A stretch of 24,000 nucleotides of DNA, taken from the NCBI GenBank assembly GCA_964534625.1, contig CAZHRF010000036.1, positions 1-24,000 of the forward strand. Direction: 5' to 3'. The translations under genes and the position numbers were made by a program. The stretch comes from an uncultured archaeon. GTDB taxonomy: Archaea; Asgardarchaeota; Heimdallarchaeia; Heimdallarchaeales; Heimdallarchaeaceae. Positions 7,539-14,411 of this stretch are shown here, piece after piece; the stretch's first letter is position 1, and the number at the start of each line of letters is the position of its first letter. A model generated the notes under the pieces. The model ran no database searches. It was not told the origin of the DNA and saw only the letters and a program-made list of their open reading frames with translations.

Positions 7539-7859
7539 TTGGGAGAATGTATTATGGCACACAATGTTTCATCAGAAGCAATCTATCAAGAGATAAGAGA
7601 AGCTATCCTTGAATTGATCAATCTGATTGAAATTGATATTGATGTATCATACGTATTAGAAGAATTGGAAGAAATAAGATTCAAAATCAGAAAGATTAAT
7701 GTAAAAAACGGATCCGTACCAGAAGAAATAAATCAGGTGTTTAATAAGCTATATGACAAATACAAAAATAAAATGTCAGCTCCACTCTCATCAAGAGATA
7801 AAAGAAAACTTATCGAAAATCTAAAAGAATGGCTAATAAAAGCGGGTTCAATGTTCTAA
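7539..7859 (+). CDS. Small all-helical hypothetical protein located between the ESCRT-I and ESCRT-II genes
   Basis: The ORF is 106 aa from TTG 7539. A more likely start is ATG 7554 ('MAHNVSS...'), preceded by tgggag. Heptad-like helical sequence with no recognisable motif. Its conserved-looking operon position is the only functional hint. Confidence 0.55.
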   Translation: MGECIMAHNVSSEAIYQEIREAILELINLIEIDIDVSYVLEELEEIRFKIRKINVKNGSVPEEINQVFNKLYDKYKNKMSAPLSSRDKRKLIENLKEWLIKAGSMF

Positions 7860-7874
7860 TAAAGGCAGCTCGTT

Positions 7875-7892
7875 TAAAAACAATTGTTTTTA
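7875..7892. promoter_or_regulatory. Perfect 18-bp palindrome TAAAAACAATTGTTTTTA abutting a tataat element upstream of the EAP30 gene
   Basis: Read directly. It lies 16 nt after the stop of the 106-aa ORF and about 70 nt before the EAP30 start. It could be a hairpin terminator (stem plus T5) or an operator overlapping an internal promoter. The AT-rich background raises the chance expectation. Confidence 0.4.
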
Positions 7893-7959
7893 TAATGCTT
7901 TTGACAATGTACTTACAGATAAAAAGTGCATAAATCTAAAATATAATGGGGTCATAACA

Positions 7960-8682
7960 TTGGGATTAAGAGAAATAGAAAAAAAATTAAAAATCAAATC
8001 AGCTTTTCAGGTGAAAGAAGCAGAATTAATGATTAAAGAATTAGAGCAAATGATAGAAAACACTAAAGAAACGAAAAAACAACTGCAAAAATTTGAAAAG
8101 AAATATAGCGATAAAATAAAACAGAACAAAGATTATTATGAAAAATTAGAGGGGCTCAGAGAAGAGTTAGGATTACCAAAAGAGATTGGGAGATACGATT
8201 GGAGAGACGCTCCATCTATGAAAGACAAATTAACTGGTGGCGGATACTATGATAGATTGGCTAATGAAATTATTGATTTGGGTAAAGAGTTAACGAAACA
8301 AAATGGAGGGATTATGGCGATAAGTGAACTGTTCACACAAGTTAATAAAGCAAGACCAGGAAACGTAGTTTCAATTGATGACCTGTATAAAGGGTTAGAG
8401 AAGTTAATAAATGCCTCGTTAATCGCACCTTTCAAAATATTGGAATCAGGAGTAAAAATTGTTGAATTCACACCGGTTGAATTCTCTCAAGATCATAGTC
8501 TTGTTTTAAGTTATGCATCCAAAACGGGATATATAACAAGAGAAGAATTACTTATGCAAACAAATTGGACAGAGGAAAGAATTAATCGTTGCCTTGTTTT
8601 CTTTGAAGAAAATAATATAGCGATTAAAGACGACGATTATGAAGAAGGAACAAAGTATTGGTTCCCGGGACTGGGACAATAA
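7960..8682 (+). CDS. vps22: ESCRT-II EAP30-domain protein (Vps22/Vps36-like, tandem winged helix) with N-terminal coiled coil
   Basis: 240-aa ORF with a TTG start. 'NGGIMAISELFTQVNKARPGNVVSIDDLYKGLEKL...KIVEFTPVEFSQDHSLVLSYASKTGYITREELLMQTNWTEERINRCLVFFEENNIAIKDD...YWFPGL' is collinear with SNF8/Vps22 ('GGLITLEEL...', 'MDHTVVLQLAEKNGYVT...WETERARQVLEHLLKEGLAWLD...YWLPAL') as recalled. Confidence 0.85.
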   Translation: MGLREIEKKLKIKSAFQVKEAELMIKELEQMIENTKETKKQLQKFEKKYSDKIKQNKDYYEKLEGLREELGLPKEIGRYDWRDAPSMKDKLTGGGYYDRLANEIIDLGKELTKQNGGIMAISELFTQVNKARPGNVVSIDDLYKGLEKLINASLIAPFKILESGVKIVEFTPVEFSQDHSLVLSYASKTGYITREELLMQTNWTEERINRCLVFFEENNIAIKDDDYEEGTKYWFPGLGQ

Positions 8683-8720
8683 CTTTCTTATCGTTTTTTT
8701 CGCATAGAAAAATAAAAAGA
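8683..8720. terminator. Bidirectional oligo-T termination region between the convergent ESCRT operons
   Basis: The 38-bp spacer contains T7 (8694-8700) on the plus strand. On the minus strand it contains ctttttatttttc (reverse complement of 8707-8719). Oligo-T tracts are the usual archaeal termination signal. Confidence 0.4.
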
Positions 8721-9518
8721 TTAGAAGACTTTTTCATCATCAAAACGCATGATAGTCTTTTCCCTATTCAACCAGTGAGCTACCCCTTTATTCACTAAAA
8801 TATCGACAACATCAATCAAATCCTCAGGAGGTAAAGTTGCCCATTCTTCATCAAATTGTGATAAATCAAAAAGTGAGTGGACTTCCACTACTCGACCAGT
8901 TTCCAACATGAAATTAAGCAAATCTTCAGCAAATTCAGCGTTTGTTTTCCACTTGATTCGGGCTCTAAGTTTAGTTGTTTCTTCCTTTTTTAGCCCAAAA
9001 ATCTTAGCTAACCACGCAAAAAACCCTCGTTTTTGTTCTTCATCCAACCAGGTTGCGTAGTCTTTCTCACCTAAGTAACCAACTAAGTTCCTCAGCTGTT
9101 CAATGGATAACTCTTTTCCTATTTCTTCATTCTTAAATGGGTAAACAGTACGTATTTTATTGATACTAATAATATGAATCACATATAATTTAGTATAATC
9201 AAGAAGAACCTTTGACCATTTATCAGACCATGAACCTATTTTATCTGTACTTTTGGGGGAAATATACATCCACGGTTTGTTCACCCATTTAGGTAACATG
9301 TCCTCGAACTCTTTTTCTAATTTAACTTGTTGATCCTTCTTAGTTAAAAGTCCAGTTTGAGACCTATCTATAGCTTTAGTAGTTTGTAATTCTTCTTCCG
9401 ATATTTCAATTCCTTTCAAACTGGCCTCAATTAATTTAAGTTTCTCCTCTGAAATCTTTTTTTCTTTCTTCAATTCTTCAAGATTCACATCTATTGATTC
9501 TTTTTCTAACGTTGCCAT
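8721..9518 (-). CDS. vps25: ESCRT-II Vps25-like protein (tandem winged helix) with ~80-aa N-terminal coiled-coil extension
   Basis: 265-aa ORF. aa 80-265 are collinear with Vps25 as recalled ('PWMYISP...SWSDKWSKVLLDY' vs 'WQYRFPPFFTLQPN...QLAAWCSLVLSF'; second WH 'LFDLSQFDEEWATLPPEDLIDVVDILVNKGVA'). A GAGGT motif lies 7 nt before the ATG. The gene starts 16 bp after the Vps4 stop. Confidence 0.75.
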   Translation of the reverse strand: MATLEKESIDVNLEELKKEKKISEEKLKLIEASLKGIEISEEELQTTKAIDRSQTGLLTKKDQQVKLEKEFEDMLPKWVNKPWMYISPKSTDKIGSWSDKWSKVLLDYTKLYVIHIISINKIRTVYPFKNEEIGKELSIEQLRNLVGYLGEKDYATWLDEEQKRGFFAWLAKIFGLKKEETTKLRARIKWKTNAEFAEDLLNFMLETGRVVEVHSLFDLSQFDEEWATLPPEDLIDVVDILVNKGVAHWLNREKTIMRFDDEKVF

Positions 9519-9534
9519 CCAATTACCTCATATA

Positions 9535-10683
9535 TTATGCTGAACCAAATTCGGCAGCCCAATCTAGATATTTATTAACTTCTCGCTCATTAACGGAAGG
9601 ATTAATATCCTGTATTGCTCCAATAAAATCACTCATGTTTACATCACGGGCTTGTACAGTTTCATCACCTAATGCACCAATACTGTCCAAATCACGGATT
9701 GGTTTCATAATAGCCTCTCTACATATCATAGCTATATCGGCACCAGAGTAGCCTTCAGTAATCTCTGCGAGCTTACCATAATCAACATCAGATTCCATGT
9801 TAACTTCACGGGTATTATACTTGAAAATACCTTCTCTAGCCTCCAGATCAGGTAAACCAATATAAATACGTCTTTCAAATCGTCTTCTAAATGCAGCATC
9901 AATACCTTCGGGAAAGTTAGTGGCGCCAAGAACAACTATACGGTCTTCGTCTTTACTACTTAAACCATCCATTGAAGTTAATAATTCGTTTTTTACACGT
10001 CGTAAAGCATCATGTTCGCTACCCCTAGAACCCGTCATAGCATCAACTTCATCAACAAATACAATGGAAGGTTGTCTTTCTCTTGCTATCTCGAAAAGCG
10101 TTTTTACTAACTTTTCTGATTCACCCAACCATTTTGACATCAAGGAAGATGCTGAAACATTGAAAAATGAGGCTTCTATCTCAGAGGCTGTTGCACGGGC
10201 TAGTAAAGTTTTACCACAACCAGGCGGACCAAATAATAGAATCCCTTTCCAAGGTCTGCGTGCTCCCCTAAACAAATCGGGTCGCATCAATGGAAGTACT
10301 ATGGCTTCACGTAAGGTTTGTTTTGCAACACTTAAGCCAGCAATGTCATTCATTTTAACATTTGGTTTTTCTGTTACAATAAGGTCATCAATTGCACTTG
10401 CTAATTTATCGTTATCAGAATCCGTTGCTCGTGCTTTGTTCCTTGAACGCTCTTTGATTTTTTCTCTCAATTCTTTTGCACGATCAACGTACATTTCAGC
10501 TTTTTTACGAAGCTGCTTTGCTACCTGGATATTACGTTCAAAACGGATAGCTTGTGTTAAGGCTTCAGCTGCTTCTAGATAATAAGCTACAGCCTCACTA
10601 TATTGTTGATCTTTATCTAAATTGTATGCTTTTTTAGCTTTCTTTGTTGCTTGCTCTATTATACCTCTAGCAGACACGTACAC
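9535..10683 (-). CDS. vps4: Vps4-type AAA+ ATPase (N-terminal MIT domain + single AAA cassette)
   Basis: 382-aa ORF. MIT-like three-helix N-terminus ('YSEAVAYYLEAAEAL...KAEMYVDRAKELREK'). 'RPWKGILLFGPPGCGKT' (Walker A), 'SIVFVDEVD' (Walker B), 'SKWLGESEKLVKTLF', 'RRRFERRIYIGLP', and a C-terminal helix 'YLDWAAEFG'. The start may be the second GTG (10677), which has GAGGTG 5 nt upstream. Confidence 0.93.
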   Translation of the reverse strand: MYVSARGIIEQATKKAKKAYNLDKDQQYSEAVAYYLEAAEALTQAIRFERNIQVAKQLRKKAEMYVDRAKELREKIKERSRNKARATDSDNDKLASAIDDLIVTEKPNVKMNDIAGLSVAKQTLREAIVLPLMRPDLFRGARRPWKGILLFGPPGCGKTLLARATASEIEASFFNVSASSLMSKWLGESEKLVKTLFEIARERQPSIVFVDEVDAMTGSRGSEHDALRRVKNELLTSMDGLSSKDEDRIVVLGATNFPEGIDAAFRRRFERRIYIGLPDLEAREGIFKYNTREVNMESDVDYGKLAEITEGYSGADIAMICREAIMKPIRDLDSIGALGDETVQARDVNMSDFIGAIQDINPSVNEREVNKYLDWAAEFGSA

Positions 10684-10740
10684 ACCTCATCTTTATCTTG
10701 AAAGTTACAAGGGATGATTATAGTTGAAACGATATTAACA

Positions 10741-10754
10741 AGACGATTTCGTCT
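10741..10754. promoter_or_regulatory. Palindrome AGACGA-TT-TCGTCT about 60 bp upstream of the Vps4 start
   Basis: Read directly. It sits in the 219-bp gap that separates Vps4 from the upstream ESCRT-III genes, just upstream (in minus-strand sense) of an aactataatc TATA-like element. Candidate transcription-factor site only. Confidence 0.3.
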
Positions 10755-10902
10755 ATTGTATTAAATAGTTTCCCAATAAAGGTTAAACGTTCTTATTAAT
10801 AAAGTATAGCATATTATCTAACGTAAGGAGTAAACAACCTAACAACATATGTCAGAATAAGAGAAAATAAAAAGAAAAAGAGAGTTATATGTTTAATAGT
10901 AA

Positions 10903-11568
10903 CTAATCATCCGATATTTCTTCTTTCAAAGCTTCTAATTCCGCCTCTAGATCCGATGTATCTTCAACTTGAGAACTTCTTGATTTACCTGTTGAAACAG
11001 AGGGTAATTCATCATCTATATCTATAGATGGAAGATCCCCAGTTGTTTCCATATCCAACTCTGCTTGAAGTTGATCTAATTCATCGTCAATAGATATATC
11101 AAAATCATCTTCGAAAGCACCCTCTGAGAAACTCGTATCACCTAAGATCTCTTGGGACATAGATAATCTATCTTGTTGCATAGCTGCTTTATCCATAACT
11201 TCTGCAACACGTTTTTCATCAATTTTTCCCATTTGTTGCTCTACAACGTTTGTCCCCGTCTCCATCGCCTTAACCGTTTCTGAGGTTGATTTAGCAGTAT
11301 CTATGCTCTCCATTTGTGTTTGGAGATTCATTATCATATTTTGAGCTTGATTGATTTTTTTTAGATAAATTCTTCTTCTTTGCATTGCAGAGCGTGCGCC
11401 ATTTTTATTTCCACTTTTAAGCATCTTTGCAGCGAGTACTTTTTGCTCATCAGAAAGTCGCTCATAATTACGAATATTACGTTCAAGCTTATTTATTTGA
11501 GCTTTTAACACGGAAAGGGCTTGAGCGTCATCTCGCCTTTTGTCACCAAATAACCATTTTTTGACCAT
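10903..11568 (-). CDS. ESCRT-III protein, Snf7/CHMP4 (Vps20/32/60) class
   Basis: 221-aa ORF. Snf7-family core ('AAKMLKSGNKNGARSAMQRRRIYLKKINQ', 'VKAMETGTNVVEQQMGKIDEKRVAEVMDKAAMQQD') is collinear with CHMP4/Snf7 as recalled. Acidic C-terminal tail. A GGTGAT motif lies 6 nt before the ATG. The gene starts 14 bp after the upstream paralogue. Confidence 0.85.
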   Translation of the reverse strand: MVKKWLFGDKRRDDAQALSVLKAQINKLERNIRNYERLSDEQKVLAAKMLKSGNKNGARSAMQRRRIYLKKINQAQNMIMNLQTQMESIDTAKSTSETVKAMETGTNVVEQQMGKIDEKRVAEVMDKAAMQQDRLSMSQEILGDTSFSEGAFEDDFDISIDDELDQLQAELDMETTGDLPSIDIDDELPSVSTGKSRSSQVEDTSDLEAELEALKEEISDD

Positions 11569-11582
11569 AATATATCACCATC

Positions 11583-12194
11583 TTACTCTTCTTTATCACG
11601 AAGTTTTTGTATTTCAGCTTCTAAATCATCAACTTCTGCACCTACTGTGGGTAATGTGGTACCTGTTGTTATACCCATCTCAACTGCAGTTTGTTCAATT
11701 AACCTATCGACTTCTGACTCATCAGTATCACTCACAAGCATATCATCAATACCATCCTCTATTGTTTCCGTACTTGTTTCTATATTGTCGATAGACATTT
11801 CCATGTCTTGAATAACGCGATCCAAATCAGGTATTTGCAGTTGTGCATTAGCCATTCTTAGGGCGTCAGCAACACCGTGCATTTCTTCAGCCATTGAAGC
11901 GGCTGAATCAGCACGCTCTAACTTGAATATGAGACCATTAATTCTAGAAACCAATTTTTGATATCCTAGTGACCACTTGCGGCTGCGAACGATATCTGTA
12001 CTATATAACCTTGCGGCTTCCATATCACCTCGTTCAATAGCTTTACGCATTTTTTGTTCCATCTTTCTTTCATCAGAATCGATTTTACGTTGTGCGCGTT
12101 CAAGTCGTCGGATAGTAAGCTTAAGATTCACAATATGTTCTCTAGGTGAACTACTACCTGACCCAAATAACCAGCCAAAGAATGAACTAAACAT
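11583..12194 (-). CDS. ESCRT-III protein, CHMP1/Did2 (Vps2/24/46) class
   Basis: 203-aa ORF. 'RKAIERGDMEAARLYSTDIVRSRKW' vs CHMP1B 'KKAIQKGNMEVARIHAENAIRQKNQ'. C-terminal 'DDLEAEIQKLRDKEE' vs CHMP1B 'DELSQRLARLRDQV' (MIM1). The N-terminal 'MFSSFFGWLFG' resembles yeast Snf7 'MWSSLFGW'. Confidence 0.85.
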   Translation of the reverse strand: MFSSFFGWLFGSGSSSPREHIVNLKLTIRRLERAQRKIDSDERKMEQKMRKAIERGDMEAARLYSTDIVRSRKWSLGYQKLVSRINGLIFKLERADSAASMAEEMHGVADALRMANAQLQIPDLDRVIQDMEMSIDNIETSTETIEDGIDDMLVSDTDESEVDRLIEQTAVEMGITTGTTLPTVGAEVDDLEAEIQKLRDKEE

Positions 12195-12514
12195 TTTTTC
12201 TCACTTGTCTTTATCGCTTATATTATTTAATCTTTTGGAGTCTTTTATACCTATCTATTCCGTTTCTCTTTTTTGAAGGTTTTCTGGATTACTTTATTAT
12301 TTTCACTTTAATTGGCTCGTTTACTGACACATAGAGTAAAAATATCCTTTGTTAGTAGAGAGTAGGAAATGCTTGTGAATCTTTAACAAAAGATAAACAC
12401 AAATAAACTTAATAATTAAGGCGGAATCATTTCAACGAAGTAAAGATAAGAAAAGAAAAGACCACTTTAATCCGATTGTGGTTCTTTATGTTTCTTTAAA
12501 AAGAGGTAATAAAA

Positions 12515-12883
12515 ATGACAGAAGACAAACCAATTATTCATCCACCATTATCTATGAAGACAAAGAGCTTGAAAGAATTAGCAAAAGTTATCCTATCTGG
12601 AGCCAATCCGCAGAGAGGAGCAGGATATCTAAATTATATCGTGCTTGAGAATAAAACTATATATTTCACAATGCATATGGGAATGGGGTACTATAATCTT
12701 CGTTCTTTGCCAATAATTCTTTGGACTGAGGAAGAAAAACCTCCAACAGGTGGATTTTTGAGATATAGAACATCACCAAAAGAAGAATTGGTGTTTGCCA
12801 CAGATGGTTCTGATCCAAAGTGGGCAACTCTACCCTTAGTAGAATATGAAGAAATTCCAGAAGAATTCAAAGTGTTCGAGTAA
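12515..12883 (+). CDS. Hypothetical protein (122 aa), no recognisable family
   Basis: ORF with a GAGGT motif 8 nt before the ATG. Non-repetitive composition and an acidic C-terminus. Divergently transcribed from the ESCRT-III operon. I recognise no motif. Confidence 0.5.
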   Translation: MTEDKPIIHPPLSMKTKSLKELAKVILSGANPQRGAGYLNYIVLENKTIYFTMHMGMGYYNLRSLPIILWTEEEKPPTGGFLRYRTSPKEELVFATDGSDPKWATLPLVEYEEIPEEFKVFE

Positions 12884-13103
12884 GACCAGTAGAGAGTTGA
12901 AAGTTAACCATCTCATTTAACACCGCTTTAATCTAATTTCAGTTATCATAAAGAACCTACCTAAGGAAACAATTTTCAACCTTTTTGTTTTTTTAAATGT
13001 ATTAATAAAACAATTCCTTTTGATAATTAATTACGAAATAAAACAACGTTTAAGGAAGTTTAAGGAGAGTAAAGAAAAAATAAAGAAATAAAATAGAATT
13101 AAT

Positions 13104-14411
13104 TTAATCTCTTATAGCCTTTTTTCCATCACGTAAAAATTGTGTGAAATTAATTCTTGAAGGACATACATAAGAACACAATCCACATTCAATACAGACC
13201 TCAACATGGAGTTTTCTTAACATATTTACATCATCTTTTTTTGCTGCATCCATTATCAGTTGAGGATAGATATCTACTGGACATACGATATTACAATATG
13301 AACAACGTATACATGGCAAGGAATTCTCATAGGGGTCATGTTCTTCTGCTTGAAAAGCTGTTACTGCAGAAGTAGCTTTTAGAACAGGATATGAGGCATC
13401 ATCTATAGTTGGTCCCATCATAATTGAACCTAAAACTATTCTATTAAATTTTGTCGGAGATAATTTTAGATAATCAAGGATATGATTAACGGGTGTTCCC
13501 ATGCGTACCCACAAATTCTTCCCTTTTGTCTCTTTAGAATAGAAGGTAATACCCCGTGAGACTAGTGTTTCACCATTATATACTGCATCCCAAACTGCAT
13601 AAGCTGTTGCAATGTTATGTACGATTATTCCAATATCAGGCGCATATTGACCTGCTGGAACTTCAATGCCTAAAATTTCTTTTATTAAGAGTTTTTCACT
13701 TCCAACAGAATAATTGGGACGAATACGTTCAATAAGTATATCGTTGTCTCTCAAAAGTGCTTCAAACTCTGGTGTTGTACCTTCCTTTGTTCGTGTAGCA
13801 AAAATAATTTGATCCACGTCAAGCATTTTACCCATCAGTTTTATACCTTTTATTAGTTCCTTAGATTTTTCAACCATCAAACGGAAGTCACAAGCAATAT
13901 TTGGATCGCTTTCTTTGGCATTTATAATCAAGCAAGAAATAGCTTTTGATCCAAGTTTTACATGACTAGGGAATGAAGCACCACCAAGCCCAACTATTCC
14001 CGCTTCCTTAACGCGCTCAATTAATTGCGCTCTTGTTGCATTTTTGGGATCTAGAGGGTCTAAAGCACGCTTTTTTTCTTCATTTTCTGTTTTTATCACT
14101 ATTGCAATTTCATCATTTCCAGAAATAGGATTTTTTATTTCTTTTTTTTCGACTATTTTACCATTAACAGGACTATGAACTGGAGTACAAAGTGCATTTT
14201 CATCATCAATATCACCAATTTTTTGACCATACTTTACACGATCTCCAACTTTTACTAATGGTTCAGCTTTTTTTCCGATATGCTGACTTAAGAACACAAT
14301 CATGTGTTCAGCAGGAGGTACTTCCGTAAATGGGTCATCGACGGCCGTTTTTTTCATATCGATGTTCATCTCAAAACGACCTTTTTCCTTGAAATGTTGC
14401 ATACTAAGCAC
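13104..14411 (-). CDS. rnfC: RnfC-like electron-transfer subunit (RnfC_N barrel-sandwich + NADH/FMN-binding 51K-like + SLBB + 2x[4Fe-4S])
   Basis: 435-aa ORF. 'GIVGLGGASFPSHVKL' (GxGGAxFP), and two ferredoxin motifs 'CIRCSYCNIVCP' and 'CIECGLCSYVCP'. The most probable start is ATG 14402 ('MQHFKEK'), because AAGGAGGTG lies 6 nt upstream of it. Confidence 0.8.
   Translation of the reverse strand: MLSMQHFKEKGRFEMNIDMKKTAVDDPFTEVPPAEHMIVFLSQHIGKKAEPLVKVGDRVKYGQKIGDIDDENALCTPVHSPVNGKIVEKKEIKNPISGNDEIAIVIKTENEEKKRALDPLDPKNATRAQLIERVKEAGIVGLGGASFPSHVKLGSKAISCLIINAKESDPNIACDFRLMVEKSKELIKGIKLMGKMLDVDQIIFATRTKEGTTPEFEALLRDNDILIERIRPNYSVGSEKLLIKEILGIEVPAGQYAPDIGIIVHNIATAYAVWDAVYNGETLVSRGITFYSKETKGKNLWVRMGTPVNHILDYLKLSPTKFNRIVLGSIMMGPTIDDASYPVLKATSAVTAFQAEEHDPYENSLPCIRCSYCNIVCPVDIYPQLIMDAAKKDDVNMLRKLHVEVCIECGLCSYVCPSRINFTQFLRDGKKAIRD

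Noticed and set aside
8247-8471. 74-aa minus-strand ORF inside the EAP30 gene
   Set aside because: It is an antisense shadow ORF, and the EAP30 frame on the plus strand is well supported.
9920-10582. 220-aa plus-strand ORF in the six-frame track
   Set aside because: It is fully embedded antisense to the strongly conserved Vps4 AAA+ gene. The composition is Ser/Leu-rich low-complexity, typical of an antisense shadow ORF, and there is no ribosome-binding motif.
11540-12276. Plus-strand ORFs 11540-11794 (84 aa) and 11977-12276 (99 aa)
   Set aside because: They are antisense to the two ESCRT-III genes. Their His/Leu/Tyr- or Ser/Leu-rich composition is characteristic of the reverse frame of Glu/Asp/Lys-rich coiled-coil genes.
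13048-13067. Near-perfect 10-bp tandem repeat gtttaaggaa/gtttaaggag, and a similar one at 17711-17730 (agtagcttta/agtagcttca)
   Set aside because: Each has only two copies at 9/10 identity, in AT-rich intergenic DNA. The two are unrelated to each other and are not CRISPR-like. They are probably chance or minor slippage.
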